DNA of 64,000 nt from Vicugna vicugna. Lineage: Eukaryota. Shown piece by piece: positions 1 through 13,679 of this stretch (its first letter is position 1; each line of letters starts with the position of its first letter). A model generated the notes under the pieces. The model worked only from the letters and a program-made list of their open reading frames with translations. It did not search any database and was not told the origin of the DNA. A program made the position numbers and the translations under genes. The DNA is taken from the NCBI GenBank assembly GCA_013265495.1, contig MU058531.1, positions 3,844,911-3,908,910 on the forward strand, read 5' to 3'.

Positions 1-116
1 TCAGCTTTTATTAATAATTCATTGCCCTGCCTTCCCTAGTAGTGGCTTCTGTTTTCAGTTTTCTTTGTATTCCTCTCCTCCTTTATTAATGTAATAATCA
101 TGTTTTTAATTTTCTC

Positions 117-654
117 TGTTATGATACTTTGACATCTTGGGGGCCTTGCAGACCCAGGGAACAACTGCCTTTCCCAGGATTAGCTAATTCTGAGAGCAAA
201 CATCTTGTCTGTGAGCATGCCTTTGATTTTCAAACTAACCTATCCAATGTCCATATCCCCTAGCCACCTCCTTTATTAAACTTTCACACACCAAGGCAAT
301 ATTCTCCCTGCCTTAAATCAACCCAAGGCCAGTTACTGGACAACTAGAGACCACCCCTATAGTCTAGAGCCCTCTGAAACTACCCAAACTATCTAATCCT
401 CAACTTAGTCAGCATACATACCGTGCATTGCTCATTTCTTCAATGAAAACCCCAGTAAAGGCTCTGGCCCATGCTTTCCCCTTGACCCTTCTGCCTCCTG
501 ACTGACCTTGGTGCTCCCCCTTGTGGCCCTGTGTGGTGTACCCCCTCTTCTTGGGATGTGTAAGTAACAAACTGTCTTTTCGATGGCTATCATCTGCTGA
601 TCTGTTATCCTCACCATCTGAATAAAAATAAAATCCCACATACATTTTATAACA
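117..654 (+). mobile_element. Solo LTR, ERV-like, in intron 3 of CYP2C unit 1
   Basis: Bounded by TGTTA...TAACA inverted termini, with AATAAA at 621 near the 3' end and LTR-like composition. No TSD found; family not determined. Confidence 0.55.
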
Positions 655-2045
655 ACTGGATTTTAAGTTAGAACTTTTTGGTAATTTTTTTTACCACCTA
701 CTGCCGATTATACTGACTTGTGAAGTGCTTGTCACAATGAATCTTATTTTCAGTCTGAATTCCAAATTTCCCTGCTCAGTAATTCTCTTTTTCAAAGGAA
801 GTAGAAGGAAAGATTAAAAATCAGATTTTAGTTGTCAACACACAGAAGGAAATCATCCACTGCCTTCTAAAAGAAGTTTTTTTCCTGAAAGCTTAGTGCC
901 CTGGCATGTTTCAGCTGAAAAGGAGCCTGGCAGAGGAGCAGTTGTTTAACAGGTTTCCTGTTACTTAATTCCCTATCATTTCTTCACAACACCTTGATTC
1001 AAGTCACCCTTAATTACATCTGTGATGTGGATTTGGGCATATAAATTTTATTGATTGTTTGATTATAGCAACTTCATTTAAATATTGTCCCCTAAAAAAG
1101 AAAACTACTTTTCTTCTGCTCTATCTGTACAGTGATGGAATTGATCTAAATTCGAATTTAAAATTTTATAATAGCATGGTATTCTGTTGATGGGTATATA
1201 TAGCAATATCCCAGAATTGAGAGAGCAGGTTCTGTCAAATAAGTTAAATGTGAGGCCTGGTTGGGAGTAAGGACACTATTTCTTAGAGCAGGATGTTCCC
1301 CCCTCCCCCACCACATTGCAATAGAGAGACGAAGGGACTCCGTTTATCAGTTTAACCTTTCTTGTTTGCCCTATCTGTGATTTAAGTTTGAAGTGAAGAA
1401 TTCTTACATACTTTTATTTTAGGAAAACAAATCTATCTTATAATTTGTGTTCATTTGTGTTAGTTTTTCTTTTCATGCAACATGGACGGCTTTTGCTTTT
1501 TTCTATTGTTCCATCAAATACCTGAATTTTTCCATAATCTTTCTGTCTTTAATCTGTTCCTTCACTGATTCTACAAGCTGTTCCTTCAACTATTCATTAT
1601 GTATAAAAGTTTTCTGGGTCCCTAACTATTTTTCCTTCCTACATCAATGCTTGATTGGCTATAAGCTTACCAGGCAGATGTGATTCTACATTGATAAATA
1701 GCCTGAATTATTAAGTGTTTTAAAAACCAACCTTTAATTTTTTTTTTCCTTTTTTTTTTTTTCCCTGCTTTTCAAAATAACCAGCACCTTGGGTCAAGGC
1801 AATAATATAACTGGAGTATTTGGAAAATTTATTATTAATTGTTATTAAACCTCAAACTGGGATGGAATGGTCAGTTCATGTTTAAGGGAAAAGTGGTGTG
1901 TTGACTTTAAGCATACTTAAAGTTTTGCTGATAAGGGAATTTCTAGGTAGATACTGCTTTAGAAATTCTAAAATTACTTGTTAACCACAACAAAGTTTTA
2001 TATGTATATTTTAATAATGTTTTATAAATCTTTCCAATTCTTTAG

Positions 2046-2195
2046 CTTCACCCTGTGATCCTGGACTGTGCTCCCTGCAACGTGATCTGCTCCATTATTT
2101 TCCAGAACCGTTTTGATTATACAGATCACGATTTTCTTAGTTTGCTGGAAAAATTTAATGAAAACCTCAGGATTGTGAGCTCCCCATGGATCCAG
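2046..2195 (+). pseudogene. CYP2C: Unit 1 exon 4 (150 bp vs canonical 161; 11-bp deletion)
   Basis: ttag|CTTCACCCTGTGATCC...TGGATCCAG|gtaag. Downstream frame reads [18 protein letters not shown]...SSPWIQ, but the expected 'PTFIL' segment is disrupted. The incoming frame hits TGA at 2114-2116. Confidence 0.92.
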
Positions 2196-2419
2196 GTAAG
2201 GTCAAGATCTTCTCTTCCTGAAAAATCATTTATGTTCTTCTGACAGGTTCAGAATTACATATGGACCAGGCTGTGAAATGAATGTTTGAAAACTGAACAT
2301 TTTGGATATTACAGTGTGGTAACTCTGGGACTTAGTTTCTCTCCTCTCTTTGTTTTGTTTTTTTTCTTACCCTACGGGTTTTTTTTGAGGGGGGGAGGTT
2401 CTCCCCCCCACCCCGTTAC

Positions 2420-3420
2420 AGGCTATAGGTCTTTGTTTATTTAGTGACTTTTCTAAACTATTTTTGCAGAGTCTTTTGTGTGTGTATGTGGTCTCTGAAA
2501 TCTGTTCCTTTGACTTATGTTCAGCTAGTGTTTGGATAGAGATGTCCTTGAATGTGAGGAGCCAAAAAAAGAGGTGAAGAGAAAGGGGTAGAGATAGAAT
2601 GAGGAAGAGAAAGAGGGGAAGAGGGGAAAGAAGGAAGGATGGAAGGAGGGATGGAAATAACTCTTCCAGATTGCCTCTGTGTTGCTGGGCACTCATTCAG
2701 CCCTTAGCCAGGCCATTTTTAACTCTGTCTTGGTCTTCACTTGTTGCTTGCGCTAAGCCTAGAGATCAGCAGTGAAAACATAGTGTCTCTCAGGTCTTTA
2801 TTTAGCCTGTGTCCTGCCCTGGGCATGTGTGTAGCTTTCTGAGTTCCTCAGTATACATGAGTGCTTTCGAATGTTCTAATTTCCCAGAGGGACTCCCCCC
2901 ACCGCCCAGCTTTTCTTCCCGAGGTCAGGTGCTCTGTTGTATGCCTTAACTGTAATCTTTTGCCCCAGGTGGCTGTAGGTTGTTCATTCATCTTGCAGGG
3001 TTTTTGAGACATACCTGCTGCTTTTCCACCCTGAGTTCTAAGTTAGATGACATAAAGACAGATGCCTGTGTCAGTTCTTTGGCCCCAGAGAGGTCAGGAC
3101 GCAGAAACACAATTCTTTGTGAGTGAGGTCTGCTCTGGTCCCTCCAGAACTAGGAACCAGGGTCCCACATCAGAAGCTTCCCTTGTGAAGACCACTGCCA
3201 AACTGAGGAGGGAGGTGGAACAAGGGGGAAAAAAGCCACAAATCTTTCCCACCATTTTTAAGTTACCTTTTTTCTTGATTCAGCATTCACGTGATTGCTC
3301 CAAACCTTTGAATTCAAGAGTTCTGAGAAATTGATTCTGACAGTTTTTGCTTGATTTTCCAACATTCTTTGTAGGGCTGGGCCTTTGGAGCTATCTATTG
3401 CACTGTTTTTGCTGATGTTA
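2420..3420 (-). mobile_element. Old LINE-1 5'-region fragment with a purine-rich stretch (2565-2660)
   Basis: Resembles L1M 5' sequence in antisense. Boundaries approximate. Confidence 0.4.
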
Positions 3421-4505
3421 ATCTGTGAATATTTGAACACCATAGTCCTGCCCAGAGCTAGCATCACAGAGTGAAAATCTGGGAAAGATAGCTGAGCCTT
3501 TATTTTACAGACAAGAAAAGAAATACCTGAATTCAAGCCTATTGGGTTCCTGGCCAGTGATTTTTCCATTACCCCCTAAAACGCAGTTTCCATAACTGCC
3601 CCAAAGCATGGCCATAGCACCCGGTGAACCCCCAGGTCCTTGCTGAAAGGTCTCTGTTGCTCATAAGTCTTGTCCTCTAGTCACATTTATTGACCTCTTC
3701 ATCACTTTAACTTAGCAGAAATATCCTAATTAAGAAAGGAAGAGACTATCTCTCAAGGAGGGAGAATGTTTGTGAACAGATGCTGCCAGGAAACGCTGAC
3801 TAGGGCAGGGGTGTGTCATGTGTCAGTTTGGGATCCGAGCTGACAAAGTATTGGGGTTGAGATGACAGAATGATTGGTATTCTGGTGTATGAACCATGAA
3901 CAAACACCACGATTTTTCCCTGTGCTGAGCTTGTGTGTCCTGTACTCTGCCTAAATAAAACCACATGATCTTAGAAAAGTCACTTGCCTGCTGTGGTGCA
4001 CATGTACTTTATCTGTAAAATGCTGAGTCGGGTTTCCTGCCAGTTTTGCGTCCTGCTGAATTAGAAGAGTGGTTCTGTTTCTGGGGCTGCCTGATAGTAG
4101 AACCAGCAGGGAGTGGCTTTGTGCTCTATGTCAGCTTACCCACACTTCCTTAACCTCTGTCTTCATCTGTAAACTGTGAGTCCTAGTAATTCATCTCATT
4201 CTATAGGTTGTAACAAAAAACTAAGTTAAAAAATGAAAGAATTGCTGTAAAGATGCTTTAATACTATAAGGTTGATGTATGAGTATAGAAAATTACTATC
4301 AATTATCATCAACTGGTCAGAATTTTCTCCCTTAAATATCTCTACCAGCAGAGAGAATTACTTTATATGTACAATATAAAATGCTCCCCCTGAAGACAGA
4401 GACCATTTTGTATTCATCTCTGTTTTTAACCAGGGCTTTGCATATGGTGTATGTCTCCGATATATGTTTTTAGTTAATAAACAATGTATTTTTTTAATCT
4501 TTAAG

Positions 4506-4682
4506 GTCTGCAACAATTTCCCTGCTTTCATTGACTATCTCCCAGGAAGTCATAACAAAATACTTAAAAATTTTGCTTATTTAGAAAGCTATGTTTTGGA
4601 GAAAATAAAAGAACACCAGGTATCCCTGGACATTAACAACCCTCGGGACTTCATTGACTGTTTTCTGATCAAAATGGAACAG
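4506..4682 (+). pseudogene. CYP2C: Unit 1 exon 5 (177 bp, intact)
   Basis: ttaag|GTCTGC...GAACAG|gtaaaa; translates [22 protein letters not shown]...[16 protein letters not shown]. Confidence 0.95.
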
Positions 4683-6359
4683 GTAAAATGTTAACGACAG
4701 ATTGGTTATCTGTTTGCCTGAATTGTTTGGTTCATTGACTAGTTCTGTACTTATTTGGGATGTTTAAATGGTTAGACAAGAAATGCTTGACGAGCACTTT
4801 GGGTACTTGTGTGTGCATGGATCTGGACTGAACATCATGAGAGATTTAAAATTGAACTGTTAAATAACTAGAATATATTGACCTTGTTTGTTAGGTACTA
4901 ATAGGCTACCTGAGGAGAAAGGAATGTATATCCCAGGTGAAATGGAAATACAAACAAGTGAGACATACAAAATATTGAGCCATAGAAGGAAGGTGGATGT
5001 GATCATGTCACACAGCATGTGGGAGGGTGAGAAGGAAGAGTTTAACCTGGATGGGCTTCCTCTTTGTCCTAAGGTTTGATGTAGCTCTTCAAATATTTGC
5101 AGTAAGTCATAGGGGAGGGAATTTCAGATTGGTAGAAAGATACAATGAGAGGTTCAGAGGTGTGTTGTGGTAAGGAAATTAGATGGCTAGAAGAGAGAAG
5201 CCTGAACTGAATGTCATCAAAAATAAATTTAGACAGATGCAGAGGTGGAGGTTGGTGTCTGTCCAGTAACTGTAAACCTGAGTTTTGGCATGAAAAATTT
5301 TGATTTGATCAGGCAGAGATGTGTGAGCCAAAACAAGAGTAGAATGCAAATAACTACTGGGGAAAATTATCCTGAAAGTTCTATGAGATGAACTGTATCA
5401 TAAGAATGGAGCTCAAGGACCAGCTGTGAGATTTTTCTTTTTTTTGAACTTTGGTTTGATGAAAGTTTAGACCGTGGAAATACAGAAGATTCTGAAATAA
5501 AATCAAGCTGCCCATCTTGTCATGTTATCAGAGATCAATAAAGATTGGTTTTAGTTGGCGGAGGGGATGAGAGCCAAATTGTAGGGATTGTATGGGAAAT
5601 TTCAATAATATGACCAAATACCTTATTTGAGAAGTTCAACCAAGGAGAGAAACATTCAGATAGTAAATCTGAACAGTGAATTTGAATAGTAGTAGGGTCA
5701 GGTTGGAAACTATGATAAGAGTAATGTAGATGACATCAAAACCCTCGTGTGGGTGCAGAGAACTTCCTGAACTGAGGAAAGGCAGAACACACTGTAAAGA
5801 GCTAATTCTAGAGAAGGAAATTCCTTTATCTGAGGCCACGATTATTTTATTCAACCAGTTTGTAGCACTGGGCAGAAATGAGAAATCAGTTAATATACTA
5901 AAACGGTGAGGAGTCACAGACGCTGATGAAGGTTGCTTTGAAAGAATTGTCTATGGATTTGAACTGGACTGCTCAAATCATGTGTCCCAGGTGGAGCAAA
6001 GTAAAGCAGATGGTATGGTTTGAAGAAACTGGAGGAAGGAAGAAGCAAATTATTACTGCTCTCTGCTTTCTCTCTTGCTGGGGCAAATATTTTTATCTTT
6101 CTGGGGTCCAGTTGACTTGAGAATCTGATTAAAAGTATGGATACCTTCTCAGAAGAACACGTCTATATGAGTTCTTGATATTCTGCACATATTTTGAGGG
6201 GTTTCCTTAACGCTATGAAGCTTCTCCACTAATCCTGGGCTAAGGAGGCTTTAAAGTCTGGTATTTCAGTAATTTCAATTAGCCTGCTTCCTCAGTGCTA
6301 TATTTAAAAACCACATTATTTCTCTGGATTTCACTATGGTATTTAGAGTATAACATTAT

Positions 6360-8090
6360 TTTTTGATAAATCCTTATTGAGTATAATTCACATACCATAC
6401 CCTTCACACAGTTTAAGTACAATTCAGTAGTTTCGTATTTCCACAGAGTTGTGCTGTCGTCACCACCACAATCAATTTCTGAATATTTTTATAACCTTGA
6501 AAAGAAAAGTTTTATACTTTTGGAGTCACCCCCATTGCTCCCCATCCTTTCTTGCTCTAGACATCACTAATCTACTTTCTGTCTCTATAGAGTAGCTATT
6601 CTGGACATTTCATATTAATGGAATTATACGATATGTGGCTTTCTCTGTATAGCTTCTTTCACTTAATGTTTTCAGGGTTCATTGATGATGTGCAATATAT
6701 CAGTATTTCATTCCTTTGAATGATTGGATGATATGTCATTGTGGATATACCATATTTTATATATTTTTGTTGGTTGATGGACATTTTGGTTGTTTCTGTT
6801 TTTTGGCTATTAGGAATAACACTTCTGTGGACGTTTGTATACAAATTTTTGTTTATACATATGTTTCAATTTCTCTTGGATATATACCTGGTGGTAGACT
6901 TGTCAGGTCTTTGATAACTTTATATTTAACCTTTGGAGGATCAAAGACTTAAGTGTAAGAGCTGAAACTAAAACTCTTAGGAGAAAACTTATGCATAAAA
7001 TTGTCTGCACCATTTTATATTCTCACCAGCATTGTATGAAGGTTACAATTTCTCTACATCTTTGACAGTGCTTCTTAATATCTTGTCTTTTTGATTCCAG
7101 CCATCCTAGTAGGTGTGAAGCGGTCTTTCCTTGTGGTTTTGATTTGCATTTCCTTGATGGCTAGTGATGTTGAGCATCTTTAATGAGCTTGTTGGCCAGT
7201 TACATATCTCTTTGGAAGAATGTCTATTTCAGTTCTTAGCCCATTTTTTAATTCGGCTATTATTATTAAGTTGTTAAGTTGTAAGAGTTCTTAAATATTA
7301 GAGGTACAGGTCCTTTATCAGATATATAATTTGCAGATATTTTCTTCTGTTTTGTAGATTGTCTTTTTACCGTCTTGATAACGTTTTGATATTCAAAAGT
7401 TTTAAATTTTGTGAAATCCAGTTTATTAACTTTTTCTCTGGTTGCTTGTGCTTTGGTGTCATTTCTTAAGAAACTATCTAATGTAAGGACATGAAGATTC
7501 TCCCCAGTTTTTCTTCTAACAATCTTACAGCTTTAGCTCTTATTTAGGTCTGTGATCCACTTTAAATCAGATTTTGATGATAGTGTGAGGTATGGGTCCA
7601 GCTTCTTCTTTTTTTTTTCTTTTTTGCATATGTATATCCAGTTGTCCCAGCACCATTTGTTGAAAAGACTATTCTTTTCACATAGAATGGTCTTGGCAAC
7701 TTTGTAGAAAATTAATTGACTGTAAGTATGAGACTCTCAATTCTGTTTCATTGGTCTGTATATCTCACTTTATGTCAGTACCACACACTCTTGATTACTG
7801 TAGCTTTATTTTAAAGTTTTGATATTGGAAAGTGTGAGTACTCCAGTTTTGTTCTTTTGCAAGATTGTTTTGTCTGTTGTTGGTCACTTAAATTTCCATA
7901 TGAATTTTAGGATAGTCTAATAAATTTCTGCAAAGAAGCTAGCAGTGATTTTGATAGGGATCATGTTGAAACTGTAGGCATTGGAAGTAATGCTATCTTA
8001 ACAATTACAGGTCTTTCATAGATGAACATGGGATGTATCTTTATTTATTTAGGTCTTCTTTAATTTCTTTTAGCAACGTTTTCTATAGGC
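6360..8090 (-). mobile_element. Old LINE-1 3' portion (end of ORF2 and 3'UTR), antisense in intron 5
   Basis: Typical L1 motifs (gatggacattttggttgtttc; ccagcaccatttgttgaaaagac); degenerate ORF2 peptide 6659-6844. Confidence 0.85.
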
Positions 8091-9521
8091 TAACTTTTTT
8101 TTGATAGCCTAAGTGTACACAGCCATTTGATTCTTCAAATTCATTTGAACAGATGGAAATACTAATAATGGTTTATAGGTACTCTACTCTGCTTCTCGCC
8201 TTAGAGTAATTTTGAGTTGACAAGTTTAGAAAATTGAATGAAGTTGTTGTTACCAGTGGGGATGGTTACTTTTGTCTACCGAATACCACTGTAGGTAGGA
8301 TTAAGTCTGTCTTAATGGAATTGATGACACAATATTTTACATGGCACAGGTCCCTTGGGGATTCAAAGAGCCTTATTAATGCTGGTCTAGAGGACTGATA
8401 GGGAGAAATCATTTTTTGTATATTAATGACATCCATAGTTAATATTTCAAACTATCCCATTGTTACTATCAATTTTGTGTCACAATATCCTTCATCTTAA
8501 AGCAACCTTAGTTGTCCTCGTGAAGTGCTTTTATTCTCACAATTTCCAATTTATGAGAGCTCTGTTCAGTCACTTCCTGTGCTCAGCATCTGCATTACCT
8601 CATCTCTCTCCTTCATCCTCCGTGGGCATTTAATGCCCAAATTCTTTGTCTTCATGTTTGTAACATTTCTTCTGTGTATATATTCCTGTTAATTCCTGCA
8701 CTTGTTTCCTGGACCAGATTGCCTGTTGCCTCACATCTGGAATACAGTAGTGGCTGACCCCATTTTGTCTTTGTGAATCCATTCTCTTTCTCTGTAATGT
8801 ATTCTACGATGTACTGCTATGGTAGCTTTTGCACATTTTCGGCTTCATAATGAGTCTTTAGGCAATATAGAATCCACATAAAGTCTTCAGCAATAGAAGA
8901 GAATTGCAATCTCTTGATCCTGGCTTGTAGCATTTTTCAAGATACAGCTCTGATTTGCCTAAATTAATATTGTGTTTGCCTACTAGTAAGAAAGAAAAAC
9001 AAGTAATAAAGGTTTAAATAAATAATGGAGTTTATCTCACATACAGAGAGTCTCCTGTTGGGCATTTGGCAGTCCAGGGCTAGTATGGTAGCCCCAGAGA
9101 ATCATGGACTTAGGTGGCTTCTGTTTTTCTTAAGCATACTTAGTACACAGGCTTCATCTTCATGCTCAGATACTCATGTTCCAAGATGATGTCTACACCA
9201 CCTCCACCTTCATATCTGTGTTTTGAGTAAGAAGAAAAATAAGAAAGTGGCATCAGTAGGCCATTGTTAAGAAGTATGTTGGTTGGCCAATATAGCTGCA
9301 GAAGAGGCTGGGAATGGGATTTTTAGGCAAGCAAGGTGTAAGAGTAGGAAATGAAGATTTAGTCAATCCAAACACTTTGCCATACCATATGGTATTCTTG
9401 TTGTTTTAATACTGAACTCAACAGTGTCTGAGTTTCTTTAATTTTGTAACAATGTGAGTTTTTTGGATTCACTGTAATTGTATATGCTGGTAAACTGTCA
9501 AATTAAATCAAAAATTCTTAG

Positions 9522-9663
9522 GAAAAGCACAATCAACAGACGGAGTTTACTTTTGAAAACTTGATAGCCACTGTGTCTAATTTGTTTGGAGCTGGGACAG
9601 AGACAACAAGCACCACCCTAAGATACGCTCTCCTGCTCCTGCTGAAGCACCGAAAAGTTACAG
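9522..9663 (+). pseudogene. CYP2C: Unit 1 exon 6 (142 bp, I-helix, open frame)
   Basis: ttag|GAAAAGCAC...GTTACAG|gtatga; translates [47 protein letters not shown]. Confidence 0.95.
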
Positions 9664-10259
9664 GTATGACCAACATGGTGGGCAGGGTGAATTTCAGAGA
9701 AGGTATTGGGTCCATCATCTTACTTCTCTTTGTGAAGCTTTACTGTGGAAATTTCTGTGTTACCAGCTATAAGTTGTCCAAATACAAAAAAGGATAAAAG
9801 TGAGACAAATTGGTACAATAGGGGAGGATGATTGAGAGAAGTGAATACAGTGTGAACAGTAGTAACAGCAATAAAGCTATGGATTTCATCAGTGAAAAAT
9901 TCTGGATAAGTGCCTGGATTTCATGGATAGGGATTTGCAGCAAGCACAGCCAGCATAAATTGGCCTTGAACTGAATATTAATTTTCTTAAGAAGAGGCCA
10001 CTTTGAATGGTAGGTATGGTTTTGCAGTGATCTTTCCTTATTCTGAATATGCAGTGTTCTAATGCTAGAGTAGGGAATAATGGGGACTATATTTGTTGAG
10101 GTATAGCAGAAATTCTAGAAATTTGGTGCGAAAGCCTGAGAAAATTTAATTGCTTCTTACCCTGGTAACTTTACAAATACACAGCCACATGCCAGTCTGG
10201 GGGATGCTCCACAGTGAGTCACTACAAACTAGCCCAGGCATAGCTTAAAGCTGTTGATA

Positions 10260-11240
10260 TCCATCTAGGGGCAGTCCCAGCAGTGACCTCAGCCATGTGA
10301 GTAAGGGCCTTGGATGAGGACTGCCACGCGTAGCTGGGGACATGGCTTCAGGTCTGCGGAGGTGCTCCATCAGTGCGATGCTCATTCTCTGTCCGGAGGG
10401 CAGCTGGGGTTGTGGGCTCCTCTGCTGTCTTAGGGCTTTTCAGGTTTGTAGGTGCTGCTGCTGTGCGTGGTGGGGGGGGGTCCAGAGTTGCAGTTGCCTC
10501 CACAGCTGGAGGGACAGGGTCACAAGTGCTGCTTCCACTGCTGCTTGGTTGCCTGTAGCTGTGGACACGTGCTGCTCTGACCAGGTGGTCAGAGTTGTGT
10601 GCAGTGCCTCCCCTGCTACTGCTGGGTGCTCTGGAGTTGCAGGCTCAGCTGCCGTGGCTGGGTGCCACAATCTCAGGCACTGCCTCATCTGTTCTCCCAG
10701 TTCTGCCTCTGGATGTTCCAGTCCACCCACCTTTAAATGAACAGTTGTGTGGAATTCTGTGGCATCCTAGTGTGTTGGGCAGAGTTACCTTTGTTGAGTT
10801 ATGGATGTTTTACTGGTAGATTGAAGGTGAGAAACTAAGGGAGCGTCTTATACTGTTGTGATTATAACATCACTTCCCTCATTGTTGAGTATGATGTTAG
10901 CTCTAGGCTTGTCATATGTGGCCTTTATTTTGTTGAGGTACATTCCTTCTATAATTAATCTGTTGGGAGTTTTTATCGTGAAACGATCTTAAGCTTTGTC
11001 AAGTGCTTTTTCTGCATCTATTGAGATGATCATATGATTTTTTATGCTTCATTCTGTTAATGTGGTATATTATATTGTTTTGCATATTTTGAACCACACA
11101 TGCATCTCAAGGATAAATTCAACTTAATCATGGTGTCTGGTCCTTTTAATGTGCTGTTGTATTCAGTTTGCTAGCATCTTGTAGGGAATTTCTGCATCTG
11201 TATTAATCAGGAATATTGGCCTGTAATTTCTTTTCTTGTA
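10260..11240 (-). mobile_element. LINE-1 fragments (GC-rich 5'UTR-like 10260-10875; ORF2 piece 10880-11240), intron 6
   Basis: GC-rich segment followed by L1 RT-region antisense motifs (tctgcatctattgagatgatcatatg). Confidence 0.65.
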
Positions 11241-12546
11241 CTTGTGTCACAATTCAAAAGGATTTTTTTTATTCCAGAAGTCTGAGTCCAGAAAAATGGT
11301 GTTTACCATAATAATTTCCTTTCAGGTTAATAGTTTTAACTTTTATAAACAACTTTTTAAAAAATAATTTTAAATTATCTTTAAGCAGGTTCTGGTTATG
11401 AATAGCAGATTGGTTATGGAAATTATGTTTGAGTCATAATCCCATTGAAATGATAAATTAATTGCAGATGAGAATTACTCCTGTTTAAGTTGCAGAAAAA
11501 GAATGAGTAGATCTCCTGTAGGAGAATGGAGGTTTCAGAGAGGGTGCTGTGCAAAAGGCTTAGAAAACTATTTCAAAATGGATTAGATGGATAAAGCAGA
11601 TGTGAGAGGAAACACCAAGAACAAAAGAGAAATGATAAATTGAGGCTTTCCAGTAATAAGAAGATTATTACTAGGAGTTTGAAACATCTGGCTGAGCATT
11701 TTCAATAATTCTAAATTGACACCTAAAAATTAGGAATTGAAATAGGTGCTTGTAAGACCAGGAATGTAGAAAAGGGTAAACATAATCAGTTGTCTTACTT
11801 TACATAGTCATAATGATATAAACAATGAATAGTGATACAATAAAAAATTGTGATAGAAATATACTGGAGAAAATTGAGGGGAAGTTGTGTGTGTGTGTGT
11901 ATGTATTTTGTATGGGGTAGTGGTTGAGATGTTAGCCTTTGGGTCACCTACCATAAAGTCACACTTGGTCTAAAAATGGATAAATCAAGAAATATAAATA
12001 GTTATTGTTTAGAAATATGAGAGAAATTTCAGAAGAAACTGCTAGAATGTTTCAAAGTGGTCACCTTTGGGGAGTGTGAGGATTAGAGAAGATAGAATTG
12101 CAAGTTGTAAATAAATCCACACACAACACACATACAGTCACACAAATCATACATACATATACATCAGTTATAGAATTTGATTTTTAAAGCATCATATATT
12201 ATTTGATCTGTAATTAATACTTGTTCCCTGTTTTTCTGTGAGGACAGTAATTTCTTGAGTTAATGTACTATTTATATATGAAGCATTTCATCCTTTCTAC
12301 TTGTATTCATGATTCTGTATGCTAATATAGAGGTGTGCACAGACTTATCTCAAAGCGTAGCTTGTATGAGTCATTTGTACCTGTATTATGACAATTCACT
12401 CAATGTCTAGGTGCATTTTTGAAATATAACTAATGTTTACAGTGATGTTGGGACAACTTCATAATGCCTCATGTATTTCTGAATTGGTATGCAAATGTGG
12501 GAGGCACATTTTTCTTTTTCCATCAGTCTTTCTTGTCTCTTATCAG

Positions 12547-12734
12547 CTAAGGTCCAGGAAGAGATTGACCGTGTGATTGGCAGACACCGGAGCCCCTGCA
12601 TGCAGGACAGGAGCCACATGCCCTATACAGATGCTGTGGTGCACGAAATCCAGAGATACATCAATCTCATCCCCACCAACCTGCCCCATGCGGTGACCCA
12701 TGACATTAAATTCAGAAACTACCTCATCCCCAAG
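12547..12734 (+). pseudogene. CYP2C: Unit 1 exon 7 (188 bp, K-helix ExxR, open frame)
   Basis: tcag|CTAAGGTCCAG...CCCAAG|gtaaga; translates [63 protein letters not shown]. Confidence 0.95.
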
Positions 12735-13679
12735 GTAAGATTGATTTCTCCTGTAGTGACCTCAGCACTCTTGAAGCTCCCATATCCATGTGTGGTTTCA
12801 ATCCTCTACCAATGCAAGATGAGAGAGAACTGCAAAAATCATACATGTGGTAGCTTGATAGATTTTGTATTGTTTCCAGTTTGTGACTATAAATCTTTAT
12901 GACAGATCTTGATATCTGGCTAAGTCTTCCAAATTTTTTTTTAAATATTATTTTGACTACTCTTACCTGTTTGTGTCTCCAGATAGATTTTTAGTATCCA
13001 TTTGTCAGTTACTCAAAACACTCAGCTATGAGTTTTATCAGGATGATATTAAATCAATTTGGAAAGAATTGACATCTTGACATGTTGCTTCTTTCAATTC
13101 ATGGATGTGGTATAGTGTTCCAATTTATTTGGACATTCTTTACTTTTTTTTAATACTGTTTTGTTTTCAGTGCATTGACTTCCACATCTGTTATTTTTTT
13201 CCCAGATAAATATTTTTGATGTCATTATACATTGCATAATTTTTTTTGTATTGCATAATTTTTAAAATGCCTTTTTCTACTTTTTTCTTATAAGGAAATA
13301 TAATTGGTTTTATTATTTTGATGACTTTAGCAACCTTTCCAAAATCATATATCATTGCTAATTTGTGAATTTATTTGTAATTTCTGTGTATGCAGTTCTG
13401 CTCTATGGTTTAATATTTGTTTTATTTCATATCTTCTGATTTTCACGACTTTAATTTTTTTTATTTCATTATCACACTGGCTGGATTTCCAGGATAATGC
13501 TGAACAGAAGTGATCTTAGTGGCCTTTGTGTCATTTATGTTATCCAGGAAGAGATGAGGGTTAAATATCTCATCATTGAGAATGGTGTTTTATGTATATT
13601 TTTGTAAACATTAAAAAAAAGATTAGGGAAGTATTTCCTCAACTCTTATTTTTGTGTGATTTGAGGGGATAAGCTTTAT

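Noticed and set aside
2367..2696. Leu-rich membrane-like ORF
   Set aside because: Translation of a purine-rich low-complexity tract.
10342..10819. Overlapping Cys/Ala-rich ORFs
   Set aside because: GC-rich, repeat-derived sequence that is open in several frames by composition.
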